From positions 62,001 through 126,000 of the forward strand of contig NW_027191413.1 in the NCBI RefSeq assembly GCF_041146345.1: a DNA stretch of 64,000 nt. Direction: 5' to 3'. This document shows, in pieces, positions 1 to 13,289 of this stretch (positions are counted from its first letter, which is position 1; the number at the start of each line of letters is the position of its first letter). This DNA is from Neodothiora populina (Eukaryota). Both the position numbers and the translations under genes were made by a program. A model generated the notes under the pieces. It did no database searches, was not told the origin of the DNA, and saw only the letters and a program-made list of their open reading frames with translations.

Positions 1-1
1 T

Positions 2-499
2 ACGATTCCAAATACCGCTCATGAGAAGAGAGGCCACTCTATAGTCATCGCCAACGCAGGCGATTGGACGAACAAGATCATACAGAACCCACCCAAGCAA
101 ATTTGGACGCGTGGAGCTCCGACGCTAGGTGTCATGAGAGTAGCATTATGCTTCAAGAAGGTCCTGGTGATCGGTACAGGGTCAGGTATCGGGCCTTGTT
201 TGTCCTTCTTACAGAGCAATCCGGGATATCCCGTTCAAGTGATTTGGTCTGCGCCCAATCCGGTGCAGAACTATGGACCCAAAATCATGGATGCAGTGCT
301 CCGAGCCGATTCAAAAGCGGTCATTGTGGATACGAAAAGGACTGGAAGAGGAAACCTACTCGCACTGGCATACGCGTTATTCCAGGAGTCGGGGGCAGAG
401 GCAACGGTCATCATCTCCAATCCTGCCGTCACCAGGAAGGTGGTGTATGGGCTCGAGAATCGGGGGGTGCCGGCCTTTGGGGCGATTTTCGATTCATAG
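2..499 (+). CDS. 3' end of a TmpA/TmpL (NPS12)-like membrane flavoprotein, FAD/NAD-binding C-terminal region (5'-truncated by window)
   Basis: Frame open from base 2: SIVIANAGDWT..IIQNPP.QIWTRGAPT.GV, VLVIGTGSGIGPCLS, VIISNP, terminal AFGAIFDS*; recalled as typical of the TmpA family. Confidence 0.75.
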   Translation, partial: TIPNTAHEKRGHSIVIANAGDWTNKIIQNPPKQIWTRGAPTLGVMRVALCFKKVLVIGTGSGIGPCLSFLQSNPGYPVQVIWSAPNPVQNYGPKIMDAVLRADSKAVIVDTKRTGRGNLLALAYALFQESGAEATVIISNPAVTRKVVYGLENRGVPAFGAIFDS

Positions 500-3108
500 A
501 CGATGCATAGATTAGAGCAATTAATTAGTTTGAGATGTTAGTAGAATCAAATCTGGGTCCCGGCGATCCAAACAAGCACATCGATCTCAGCCCAGGAAAC
601 TGGTCACTTTTTTTCCCTTCTCCAGTGTCGATCAGAAGATTCTTTCCTTCGCAGCAGGTAAACACGACGCTTTGGGCGACTGCATCCTTGGCCAAAGACG
701 GCTGTTAGTGGCGTGTTACGTTTTGGGTTAAGTGATCAAGCATCCTGCAGACGGGGAGCGCATTCCGGACAACGTCGAGTGGACCTGTACTTGTATGTCA
801 AATACTGTGCCGGGACAGCGGCAGAAGTACGATTTAGCGCGCGTCGTGCACTGTCGGTATCTGACTTTTTGGGAAGGTTGGTCCCGGCTGTCCGGTCCGT
901 TGCGGGGCACCCTTGACAGGTTCAGGAGTGCCTTGCCTTAGCGCGTGATTAGGGTATGCTCCTACCCGTTTCCATCCTGTTTCTTCATTTCCCGCATTTC
1001 CAATTGTTGACGACACGGACAGTGGCGTTATCTATGAGTTCGATCGTTGTATGTTCGTTTGATCAGCAACAGTCTTACTGCTGTCGTAATCGCGCATGAC
1101 TGTTTGTGGCGATTTGCCGCAGCAGATGAGCAACTGCATGACTGTTTCGAGCATTGTTCACAGGGGGAAAATTTCAAATACCCCCCGTCGGGGGTTGGGT
1201 TCGCCCACTCACACCATGACATGAACAGCTGATAGTCTTTCGCGTCAGATTCTGTAACAAAACGCTTGCTGTACCCGGTCAACAAGCTGTAAACATGTCA
1301 AATACTTCCGGTGTAGAGCAGGTAAGCTGTGGATGAGATCCTCGCACAAATATGTCGCGAAGACGGTGATTCGAGTCTGGGAAGTTGAGTGTTCGTTTTT
1401 CGTCCAATTTCGCTTTCCTATGATCATCAGATAAGACCAAATCATACTCCTGACTAGCTTGGTTGTGATAGTTTCTTTGTCCATCAGTTCGACATGCCTC
1501 ACGCTGTCCATATCTCCCACTCGAAGACCACCGGCTGTTCTTCATTCTCATTTGACAGTCTGAAGAATGCCGGGCTGAGCGACACACAGAGACGCCTGGA
1601 ATGCCTTGCCTCGATAGAGTCCTGGAGCCAAGGGGTGCCGCATCAGAGTGCTGCCAAGGCAGACGACACACGGGACCCTAATGTGCAGGCATACATGGAA
1701 ACCAAAATGGCGTTGTTTGGACGGGCGTCCAACTTCACACCCACCGGATCATCCTGATGCCTTTTTCTTCTCTCCTATCTTCAGTTCTCTAGTTGCCTGG
1801 CATCGGATCCTTTTTTTTTGTTTCGGAGAAGTGCTGCCCAAGAGGAACCGTCCAGGTTTTGGCTGACCGCGACCACCATCTGTCCTGCTGCAGGTCATCC
1901 GGCTAGCACACGGCAAGGATCCTCCTTCATGGGGTCGCAACGAAAAGAAATAGCCACAAAACTCCCTGAAAATGAATGAAAGATTCAGCCCCATCCATCC
2001 AGCCTGATTTTCTTCCAATATTACGACGGACGCCTTACGATTATTTGTTTTCGTTCTGGTTTCCGAGTCGAGCAAGCACAGTATCGGACGCGTGTGGCCT
2101 GGAGAAATGCCTTTCTGTCTTCTATGCTGTGACGGGGTGGGAGATGGCGATGACAACACTCACTTTGTCCATGTAGGAGCGGGGGAGATGCAAGAGGACA
2201 ACAGGACTTACCTTACATATCACCGCTGCAGAAGAGGAAGGCACAAGACTGCGTGGGGCGAAGCATGTTCTGCGTCGGAAATGTTTCTAAAGACATCAGC
2301 ATCGCGATACGAGATGGTTATTGTTTCTGTCTTCTTGTCCATCATTCCTTGGTTCCTTCCGCACGCGTGGTATATCTGTCGTAAACATCTATTTTATCAT
2401 CATCATCACCAGCAGAAGTATGAGTGTATGATTCCGACCATAGCTCGTAGTACAAAGAAAAGCTCCGCTTGGCTGCCTCGGCCATCGTATCACTCTATTA
2501 TCACATGCGATACATGTATACAAGTAGCTCATCTCCGACTGTAGTCGTCAACACAAGCTAGACCGACACACAAAAGTCGTAAAATACTCAAATAGAGTCG
2601 CCAAGTCGAGAGCCGAGGGGGAACCCTGTCCCCTTTCTCATGGAGACGGTCAAACACATTTATTTATGCTTTTGGTTTCTCTCTGTTCGACATGATCGAT
2701 GATCGACAAGGAGAGGGCTTTGATCACCTGATTGTACGCCCTTCCCTTGATTATTTCTCTCGTCCTGTCATTCGAGATCAAGCTCGTCGTCACAACTGCG
2801 CTGTCTTGCGTGCTTTCTTCTGCTTCAACGGGATACTGCTGCTGTGTAGAGAAAGGAGGGGAAAGCACACGTGAAATGATTCAAGACAGCTTTGCGTGTC
2901 AGAAAATGATGAAATGCCCAAGGTTCGGAAGACAAGAGAAAAGACGAGAGAAGCAGTAAGAAAGAGAAAATCCACGCTAGAATCAATGCCGGAATATTTG
3001 AATATAAGAGACCCCGATTCCGATAGTCCTGTTTAACCTCTGTTCGTTGTCGGGAATAGCAGACCAATGTGATATGCTTGATGAGAAAAAGCAAAAAAGG
3101 AATTCCTC

Positions 3109-6100
3109 TCATAGCCAGAGACACCACTTGACGCCCTTGACCGTGCCCATGACCAGACTCCTGACCAGGCGGATAAGGACCACGACGAACCACACAACCC
3201 ACAGCAGGCCCAGCACAGACCACTCGAGAACAGCGAATCCTGCCTTTTTGACGATGCGCAATCTCCGCCTGCGACTTCTCAAGATGTTGTCGACGGCGTC
3301 GTTGACTTGTTTGACGGCCAGTGTCTGATGAGTGGTGATTTCGACGGTGAAAGTGTCTGCCTCGTCGGCCGTCGACTGGATCAGAGGAATCATTCTCTCG
3401 TCGATCTGGTGCTTGAGCTCGTCGAAGCGGGCGTGCAGCGCGGGCACTCTCTCAGACCGCGAGCGATCGAGATGTTCGCGGAGGTGCTCGGTCGTCGAAG
3501 TGATGTCTTGCGCCAGGAATCTCGCAGCGACCAGGAACTCTTCTCTCGCCTCTATGGGTTTGATCTCCTGGCCGACCAGCTTGGATGCAGCAACAAAGAA
3601 CGCGGACGGGGGATCAACAACGGCATTCGAACGCCTGAGTAGCTCGTGAGCCTTGACGCCGCTCGTGAGAAACAGAGCGCGGACGCGGGCGAGATCTTGC
3701 GAGGTGACCATTTGCACCTTTTTCTGTTCATGCGGCTTCATGCGAGCATCGGAGATGCTCCACTGCCTCTTCCCCTGCAAGGATGGACGGCTACTCGCCG
3801 AGACGTCCGACAGACCCGTCACGTATGAGCTGTTCTTGTCAGGCGGCAGACTTCCGGGCAAGCCAAGGCTGTGCTGGCTGCCATTCGCACTCACGGCGGT
3901 TCGATTCCTGCGCAGATCCGGGAAGTGGTAGCTACCACCGTAGGGAACGGTAGCAGCCGAAGCGGAACTGGATTTCCGGATTTCGGGACGGTCGTTGGAG
4001 CCGTCGTTGTCGTCTTCCGGAAGCTCTAGGATGGGGAGCTCCGGGTGAGTGGATCGAGAGGCGTGCGTCGACTCGCGGTGCAGCTCGTTGCCATTGGAGA
4101 GAGGCGATAGACCATTTTCCTTTTCAGCGGTGTTCGCGGCGTCGTGTTGAGACTTGAAGGTCGGCAGACCGGCCGTGTGATACTTTGGCTTCGACTCGCC
4201 ACTCACTGAACCACGTGACGAGCCTCCGGACCTGTTGTGGCGAGTCTGCTCGGGACCCAGATCGTCGTCGTCGTCGCCGCTGACGCTCTCATCGTCGGAC
4301 TGATCAGAAGGCATGATGGTGACGGGGGTGTCCTTGGGAGGCTTCTTCTTCCAGATGACGTCGCTGAGACTGGTGCTTTCTCCCCGCACCAGATCGCCAA
4401 TGCGACCACCCTTGAAGAAGCGGGAGACAGCCGTGTCCTTGGACATGCGACGTTCGAAGCCGCCGGGCCTGTCGGACGATATGCTGCTGGTGGTCTTGTG
4501 GCGCTTGAGCGGGTTCGGTCGCATTGACTCGAGACTGGTGCGCGTCGTGACGGTGTCTTCGCCGGTGGGTTTGTTGAGGCTTGTCTGGCTGGTGGCAAAG
4601 TCGGTCTCTTGGATGTTGTTGCTCTCTTTGCTGCCGGCCGCATGGGATCGAGGTTCGCGCTCAGGTGAAGAATGGCGACTTTCTGGGGGAGTCAGGCTCA
4701 TGCCAAAGGCTGGCATGCCGCTGGTGACGTACGGCGAGTTGGGCGCAGTCGAGTCTGCATCAAAGGAGAAGCGACGGTGGCGGTCGGAGTCAGGGGGGAT
4801 GCGTGCTTGTTGTGGCAGATTCCTGGACGGACTCTTGTGGGCCTCTTCCTCGTCGATGCAATACATGTCGGCATCCGCATGCTCCTGTCCATGCTTCTGT
4901 TCATGTTCATGCAAGGCTCGGTCCCATTTGTCAGGCGAGATCAACTCGGGCGAGCCGGGGTCCGTTGTGTTGCGCTCGTCTTCGATCAGCCGACGCATAT
5001 GACGGTCCAGAGGGCCGACGTTGTCGTCGGTGCTGTCGTAGCCGTGCCTGTAGTGGCGGCCACGACCGTCGACGGACGAGGCATCCGAGGAGCTGCGCGA
5101 CCTGGCGGGCTGACGGAAGATGTGTTTCCGCGCGGCATTGTCGACGTTGCGCAGAGACAAAAGCTTCCGCTTCCTCCTGCCCCGCTTGGCCGGGTCGTCG
5201 TCGTCCGGAGCGGCGATTGTGTCGTCGTACGTGTGCGTTCTCTCGAGAGACAGACGATGATTGGAGTCGCCGCTCTTCCTGGTGTTTCGTGCGCTCTCGC
5301 CACTCAGACGATCCGAGATGGGGTAGAGCTTGTGGCCGTGTCTGTTCTCGATGAGGTACTTGTTGTTGTCCTGCTCGAGCCAGACGGCGTCGGCGAGAAG
5401 CTCGGCGGGAGAGAGCGCCCAGTCGCCGATGGGCCTGGCTGATGATTTTGATGTCGAAGTGTCGGAGCGGTTGTGGCCGCGTGCGCCCTGGACAACAGAG
5501 GAAGAGTCGTCGAGCGTGCCCCCACGGCGGAAATGAGGCAGAGAGAGCATGTCAGACTGCTTTCCCATCTCGTCGACATAGGACTTGACTCGGTCGACAT
5601 TGTCGAAGAGGTCTGCCGGAGGATCGAGCGGGCGCTGCTCTCGATGGCGCACACGGCGGTTGCGCAAGAGCTGCAGGGGATTGTACTCTCTGCCCAGGTT
5701 GTGTTTGCCGGGTGTGTCGGGCTTCAGAGGCGGCAGATGCTCGAGGAGTCTGCGATATTCGTTGCCGAGATCGAAGAAGCGTCTCACTTTCTCCGCTCGG
5801 TTGAGGGTGGGCTGAGAAAAGTCAAAGTCGACCTGGGTCTCGTAGAAGGGATTGACGTCCAGCGGGCCATAGTCGACCGAGTTGCGCGGATCTCCGGCTC
5901 GCTCGGCCTGGCCGAGGGCGTGTGCATTGGAGTGGTGGTTGTGATGGTGGACATGGAAGTCGTCCGGAGGATTGGATGAGGTCGGTCGCGAGGGATGAGA
6001 TGCGGCTGCCGAGGATCGATGACTGTCACGGCCGGTCGATGGACGCAGCGAGTCGTTTGCGTACGGCGACCCAGGCTTGACGTCGAGGACATGCGTCCTT

Positions 6101-6674
6101 CCCGCCACGCCGGACGGCGGGGGTCGAAAGGATGAGATGCCGTTGGAGTTGTGACCGCCTGACGATCTGATTCTTCTCGAGTCGCCCGTCATGGGAGGCG
6201 CATGTGCGCCGCTGCTGGCATGGCGACGACGGCCCTCGCTCAGGCTCAGAGCCATCTGCACCAACCGAGCGGGATCCAGCGAAGCTTGAGGCTGGTGGGC
6301 AGATTGTTCCCTCTCTTCGTACTCGTCAAACGAGCCTCGGATCGGGCCGAAGTGCGTCTCCCGGGACAAGGGCGAATGCGGCGAGTGGGGAGAACGAGGC
6401 AGGGGCAGCAGGGGAGAGTCTTCGAAAGACATTTTCCTGTTGAGATCTTTGTCCTTGTCCCTCGCTCTTGCTTTGCCGTTGCTGTTGGTGTTGGTCGAGG
6501 TGGGACTGAGCAAGGCACTGCCGCCCGCACTGCCGTTGTCGCTGCCACGGCTGCTGGGACTGAGGTGACTGTCGGGACTGAGCCGCCACTTGTGGTGACG
6601 AAGCTGGTCGCCTTCCTCCTCTTGCTGTCTGCTGTTGCTGCTGCCCAGTCTCTGGTGGGCCGGCCGACTGCGGC

Positions 6675-6705
<31 letters not shown>

Positions 6706-7212
6706 GCGACTGCTGTTGTCGTGCTTGTGATGAGGAAGACTCTGATGCAGCAGGAAGCCACCGGACCGGCGCACTCTGGTCTTGAGCGTCTGCAGGTGGT
6801 CATGGACGTCGCTGTCGTGACTGGTGATGGTGGGCGTAGGGGCGGCGACGACAACAGGAGGATGCTGCTGGTGGTGGTTGTGATGGTGGAGATGATGGTG
6901 TCCGAGGTGGTGAAGGTGCCTGTGACGTTTCCGTTCCTCCTCTTCGTCCTGGACTGGCTCTTGCCCGTGGCTGGGAGAGTCTATGTCTATGGCTGGAAGA
7001 TGATCCTGATGCTCGACCTCCCTGGTCTTTGGCTCTTCTCTCGCAGTCTGCTGGCTGCCGAGCGACTCGACGGCGGGCGCATCGTTATCGTCTGAAGCGA
7101 CAGAATACCTCGAGCTGCGTGACGAGCGAGACGAGACTGCGGACGCGGCCGAGGGTCGTAGAGAATGCGACTGTGACGACCGGATGGATGTGAATTGCAC
7201 ATTGCTGGTCAT
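3109..7212 (-). CDS. 1367-aa largely low-complexity protein with C-terminal coiled/TM segment; MTC4 (maintenance of telomere capping 4)-like
   Basis: Uninterrupted ORF with GC-biased third positions; GREYNPLQLLRNRRVR motif, W.LSPAELLADAVW, hydrophobic C-terminus; family call from memory. Confidence 0.65.
6668..6712. repeat. (CTGCGG/CTGCGA)n hexamer repeat encoding an SR dipeptide tract
   Basis: Directly visible; SRSRSRSRSRSRSR in the MTC4-like ORF. Confidence 0.9.
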
Positions 7213-8281
7213 TTCTTGTCGTCGTCGGATGGCTTGTTGAGTGTTACCGGAAGGAGGCAGCTGGGGTTGAATGGCGGCGATGACGCTGCATGGCCTCGTT
7301 GTTTCCTCTGTATCTGTCTTATTACTTGTCTCACTCGACTATTATAGAACAGAAGATGAAGCGGCAGAGTTCGGCGTCTGCTCTGGCGGGGGCAAGAAGA
7401 GACGGAAAAGCGTGTGATGTAAGCTGAGATACTGTGATGATAATGTGATATGTGACAGCGCAAGGGACAAAGACACCGAGACAGAGGCACAAGCGCCCGA
7501 TACGGGGTTGCGGATACTGAGATACAAGTAATTACTACTGTAGATATTAGATAGCAGAAAGCGTGGGGATTATTGGAGATGCACAGATGCACGGATGCAC
7601 AGACAGATATAGATATCCGACAGGAACCTGACGGACGGCGAGTGATGACAAGAAAGACAACAGAGAACAAAGACGACAACTCGTCCCTGCTCTGTGACTA
7701 CTGTACCACATGTACGGCAAATGAGACAATCAAAGAGTCTCTAGAAAAATCAAGCACTTCACTTCACACTCTGTAGATCTCTCTATCATCTCAAGAGAAC
7801 GGAACGCTATGACGACGACGAGGCCTATTCTCTCTTCTCGACACCTTCTCCCGCTCCTTCTGGAGAACCGTGGGTTGACCCCCTATAGCAGGCTGATATC
7901 CACTCTCTGGTGATTCTGTCGAAATGAATGATCAGTTCGACGACTCATTTAACTGACTCACTGCTCTCGATATACGCCTACTTTACTTGTACTCCGTACG
8001 GCAAATAGAGCGACCGTCACTTTTTTATTATTGAAATGCACGGCCCGGGTTTCTGACAAAGAGTCCTCCCTGCAATCGCATGGATGTGCAATACAACCAT
8101 ATTGCTCTATACACCCACCGTCCCCGTCTGACGGCTTCTTTTCTGGCTAGGGAGGTATTACTCTGCTAATGCTCTGCATGTCTCCGTACAGTGTTGTACA
8201 GCAGGCAGCATGTCTCCGGCAATGTGGCACGTACTTGTACCTTAGGTACCTTGAGGTAATAAGCAGCTGCTGCTCCTCACA

Positions 8282-8289
8282 TGACGTCA
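8282..8289. promoter_or_regulatory. CRE/ATF palindrome TGACGTCA in divergent intergenic region
   Basis: Perfect TGACGTCA ~590 bp upstream of the reductase ATG; function unverified. Confidence 0.3.
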
Positions 8290-8875
8290 GCTCGGCCCAT
8301 CATCACGCGTCTCTCTCTCTTTCACTCTTTGTTTGATCCGAGATTTAGCTAAGGTAAGGTCGCACCACTCTTACAAGGCGGGTAGACGCTGTGAAGTACA
8401 AGAGACTAACTTTCGAGTATTCATCCTGCCCCCTGCCTGTCCTCCATTTCAGCCTAAGCACCGTACCCAAGGTAAGGTACCTTAGGTACTGAATAGCCCG
8501 GAAGAGGGAAGTGCAAGCTGACATGTGACGTGCACATGATCCAAATCGTCCCACCTTCCCTCGTCCGCTTCTTCGCAAAACCTTACTCGTCCAAGTCTAA
8601 TGCTATGGATGGTCCAGAGATAAGCGAGTCGATCATGTGAGATGCTTCTACTTGTAGCTGTACAAAACCATGTATCATTACTATTGCATCAGTCAGTCGA
8701 GAAATGTCGTCGGGTTGTTTGTAATCGTCTTCGGACTTTATTCTCGTCTTCTCCACTTTGTTTTCCGTCCTCTTCCACCACCACTCCGACTCTCCTTCTT
8801 TCCGGATATATAGAACATATATGAACAGACGACAGAGCATTCGAGCCAATTGATCCTTCAAACAACAAAACAAAG

Positions 8876-10001
8876 ATGGCGCCAATCGAAAAAGGCTCAA
8901 CCGTGCTCGTCACAGGCATCAATGGCTTCATCGCCTCCCACGTTGCTGACCTTCTGCTGGAACGAGGCTACAAAGTCCACGGCACCGTGAGGTCCGCCGA
9001 AAAGGGCCAATGGCTGCAAGAATACGCCGACAAGAAACACGGCCAGAACAAGCTGACCCTGTTTGTTGTCGCCGACATGGGCTCCAAGGGCGCCTTCGAC
9101 GAGGCGGTCAAGGGCTGCTCGGGTGTCGCTCATGTCGCCTCGGACCTGAACTTCTCTCCCGACCCCAATCAAGTCATCCCCGGTGTATTGGCAGGCATCC
9201 GCCACACGCTCGAGGCAGCAACGACAGAATCCAAGATCAAGCGCTTTGTCTACACTTCTTCGTCGACGGCCGCCCTGAACCCGATCCCCGACACCAAGAT
9301 CGACTTTGACGAGTCGACGTGGAACGACGAATGCGTCAAGCGCGCCTGGGCTCCTCCGCCCTACGAGAAGGCACGCGCCTGGGACGTCTACGGGGCTTCC
9401 AAGACGCAAGCCGAGCAGGAGCTGTGGAAGTTCTTCGAGGAGCACAAGCCTTCTTTCGAGGTCAATGCCGTCCTGCCCAACGCGAACTTTGGCCCCGTCA
9501 TCGACGCCAAGAAACAGAGCGCCAGCACGGCAGGCTGGATAAAGCAGATCATGGATGGAAAGTTCGACGACACGCTCAAGGGCCTGCCACCTCGTAAGTT
9601 CCTTTTTCTTTTCAGGTTCCTGTTCCTCTTCTTCCTCAATCTCCGGCAACGATAAACGACTGACCCCAACCCCAACAGAATGGTTCGTCAACGTGCGCGA
9701 CTCGGCCCGTCTGCACGTCGCCGCCCTGACCGACCCATCCATAACCTCGCAGCGCATCTTCGCCTTCGCCGCACCCTGGACCTGGAACGAGATCCTCGCC
9801 ATCGTGCGCAAAGTCGCTCCCGAGGCCAACCGGAAACTCTTGCCTCCAGACCTGACGGCCGAGGAAGGAGGTGACCAGAAAGACCTGAGTGTGTCCACGT
9901 CGAGGAGCAAATCGGTCGAGATATTGAAGAGGAATTTCGGACGAGACGACTTTGTCGGGCTCGAGGAGAGTATTAGGGAGACTGTCGAGAGCTTCGTCTG
10001 A
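8876..10001 (+). CDS. NADPH-dependent aldehyde reductase II / extended SDR (epimerase-dehydratase family); intron 9594-9678
   Basis: VLVTGINGFIASHV, RFVYTSSS, YGASK; GTAAGT donor, CTGAC branch, CAG acceptor join PP-QWFVNVRDSARLHV. Confidence 0.92.
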
Positions 10002-10433
10002 TTTTCTTCTTTTTTCGTTTCTGACGATGAGAGAAGCTTGGTGACTGGTGGAGCAAGAAACAAGAAGATAAAATTTAATGATGTATGAACGACCATTCGC
10101 GTGTCCTACAAGGTGTAGAAACAGGACACTCTCGACAAGTGATCTGACGTAGGAAGTCTAAAGATGAGCATTTGGATGTTGTGTATACAGGGGTAAAAGG
10201 ACAAGAAATCTAGAGACTGTTATAGGAAGGTAGGTAAGCAGTGCAGGTAAGAATAGGGAGGAAAAACGAGATACATGTCTGTATTCCACTGCCCGGGAAA
10301 AGACCACGACTTTTCTTCCCTTCCGTCCCTCGTTCTTACATCTATCTTTATGCCTCTGGTTCTTGTTCCCTCATTTCTCCATCTCCTCTGTTCTCGTCTG
10401 ACAAGGTCTTTCTTACATCATGTACGTCTCCGC

Positions 10434-12636
10434 TTAATCCGCGAGCAGACTCTGGAGTCTGGCCTCGGTGGCGATGACCTGTGAATCATTATCATCAGCA
10501 TCTCTCGCACTAAAGTAAAAAGGATGAGGAAAGAGAAACTTACATCAAGTGCCTGCTTGACCTCCAGAACCCTTCTGCACTCGGCGACCCAATCTCTGCT
10601 CAACACACCGGCCCAGCCGTGAAGGCTGTTCATCTCTCTGGCGGCGCCATCGAGGTCACCTTCCTCGAGAGAAACCTGGGTTCTTGTCAAGACAGCCTCG
10701 ACATCGTCGCCGTCGGGCACACCGGTGCCCTGCTTCTGGAACATGAAGCGACTCAGAACCGCACTGGCGGCGTGGCTGGCGATGCCGGCCTCTTCGGGCA
10801 GCAGCGAAGCCTTGCGGACCTCGGAGGCGACACGTCGGAATCGCTCGATCAGGTGGGCGGGAGTGGGGATGCCGCGCTGGTAGGCGGTAGGAGGAATCGA
10901 GGCAATGGCGGCATTGACGACATCGTTGTTGCTGCTGATCTCCTTGAGAGCGGCGAGCTCGTTGACGAAAGGCGTCGGGTGGTCGTACTTGTTGACGGCA
11001 TTGCGAACGGCATCGAGAGCAATGTGGAGATGCTGAGTCTTGAGGTTGGCGTCGACGACCTTGTTCCAGTCGCCCGTGAGCTTCTCGAGCTCGGCAACAC
11101 TACTGGACAGCTCGTCGAGCTTGGACAGACGCCCGGCACGCTCCTGCTCGACGCGGTCCTTGACAGACTGGGCAAACTTGCGCTGCAGAGCAATCTCCTG
11201 CTCGATCAGGGCATTCTGCACGCGCTGCTCGGCGACCTTGCGCACAACGTCCAACTCGGCGGCCAGCTTGTTCTGGTAGCCCTGCGACAGCTTCTCGCGC
11301 TCCGTCTCGTACTCGTCGCGCCAGTGTGTTTCCTGCTCTTTCATCTCGCCCTGCAGACGACGCACGAGCTCGTGGGCGGCCGTGTCGAAGTCGGCGTGTG
11401 CGTTGTTGATCTGGTCCTGAGCCTCCTTCTCGATGCGCGCCTTGAGCGTGGCAATGTCTTCGACGATCTTGGTGACCTGGGACTTGGCCTGCGAGATGGT
11501 CGACTCGTACTTGCTGCTGTTGGCGTCGTTGTTGACGACAGTGATGATGTCGTTGAGCATCTGGATGACATCCTGCACGACAGGCTCTGCGGCGTTGGGC
11601 TGGCTGAGGTTGTCGACGAGAGACGAGGCAGGACCGGTCGAGACAGGAGCGGCAGGCGGCGACTCGACAGTCTTGACCTCGGCCTTCTTCTGGGCAGCAG
11701 CGTTGGGAGCCTTTGCGGACTCCTTCTTGGCCTCCTGCACAGCCTGAGTCTTCTCCGCACCGGTGGCCTGCGAAGGCGTCTGCTTGGCGAATTCCCGGTT
11801 GTTTTCCGTGACCGCGCTCACGTGAGGGCCCTTATCGTTGCTCAGCTCTTCAGACGGCTTGGACACGACTCCCGACGACTTGCCGATTGTGACCTTGTTC
11901 TCGCCGCGGATCTGGGGGTACTTGTTCCTCTGGAAACGCGTGGGGAATCGCTTGCGGAACTCGCGCTCTTCAAAGTAGGCGACGGCCTCCTCGCCCATGG
12001 GCACGTATTCGGTGAAGAAGTCGTGGAAGTTGTCCGAGACGAGCGAGTAGTAGACGCCGCCGGCGTAACCGAGAGACGAGAGGATCAGGAAGGTGGCGAG
12101 GAAGCGGCGGAAGCGACGGGGCTTGGGCCTGGGGGAGCCCTGGCCAGGAGCGACGGCGGCAGTGCCGGTGCCCAGAGGAGGCAGGTTGCCCATGTTGGTG
12201 CTCGGCGAGGATGTAGCGGATGAAGGAGGAGGAGGAGGAGGAGGTGTGGCGCCTACAGCCTCTGGAGTAGGAGGGGCCCTGGGCATTGGCTGGACGCCGA
12301 CAGGAGTGGCGGCAGGGTCAGTGGTGGGAGGAGGCACGTCTGCTGCACCCGGGAGGACGGCATCGTCGGCGGGTTTCTTGACGTCTGCGAATGTCCGCTG
12401 GTTGGCATTGTCAGTCGACTTGCTCTCTGTATGATGGAGATGGAGATGGAGATGGAGATGGAGATGGAAAGGAGATGGAGATGAGAATTGGAGACAAAAC
12501 ATACCGCACTCCTGGGAGACCATTGAGACTGAACAAGAAAGGAAGGCGCTGATGTCGAAGAATAAACTGCAGGCGCGCAAAGACGAGCAGTCACGGCGCT
12601 CGTGGCTCCGCTGCGGACCAACCGCGTTCGAAGCAT
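10434..12636 (-). CDS. MIC60: MICOS subunit Mic60 (mitofilin/Fcj1); introns ~12398-12504 and ~10479-10543
   Basis: Presequence MLRTRLVRS, TM GYAGGVYYSLVSDNFHDFFTEYVP, coiled coil, mitofilin end EEGDLDGAAREMNSLHGWAGVLSRDW..ECRRVLEV, last exon VIATEARLQSL. Confidence 0.95.
12435..12484. repeat. (GAGATG)n microsatellite in MIC60 intron 1
   Basis: Directly visible tandem hexamers. Confidence 0.9.
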
Positions 12637-12642
12637 TGTCAG

Positions 12643-12666
12643 TCAATCAATCAATCAATCAATCAA
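12643..12666. repeat. (TCAA)6 microsatellite just upstream of the MIC60 ATG
   Basis: Directly visible. Confidence 0.9.
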
Positions 12667-13289
12667 TTGTCTTTTTCTCTCGTCTGTCCTTTCTCTTCTG
12701 TTCTCTGCTTCTCTTTCTGTCTTTCTCTTGCTCTCTCGCTCTTCGCTTGTCTCTATGGCTTGTATGCGTCGCCAGCCGCTCGCCGGTGAAGGTGAACGGG
12801 GAATGTTGAAAGATGGTAGAAGCTTGGACTTCGCTGTCCGGCGAATCCTCGGCTGAACGTCATTCCTTCTTTCCTGTTTCTCCATTGCCGTCGCCGTCGC
12901 TGCTCCGTAACTTCCGACCTCCGTATCTGTCCTGCTGTACAGTTTATCCTACCGGTCAGGTGGGTACCTAGAATGCCGACTTCTGCCAATTCGTACCATT
13001 CCTCCATGACAAAACGTGAGCATATAAATACATCGGTGCAGTAAGGTAGGTGACCACATTATCTGCCTGGAATCTCACTCGACCTTGGACTCTTGAGTTT
13101 GACCATATCTCTTGACTCTGACCCCTCGATCCTTTATCTATAACTCACATACTACCCTGCCACAGTGGATCACTGGCGCTGCCGTCTCGAGTCACTTGTA
13201 TAGAGGTATATATACACATATATAGACAGTGACTGCTCCCTCAAATACCTCCATCTATCTCACTTTTATCATCATCACAAAAGAACAAA

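Noticed and set aside
10619..12223. 534-aa antisense ORF over MIC60, and similar antisense ORFs over other genes
   Set aside because: Shadow ORFs caused by strong codon bias; no recognisable motifs
12418..12646. HLHLHL N-terminus of the 742-aa MIC60 ORF
   Set aside because: Translation of an intronic microsatellite; the true exon 1 is in another frame
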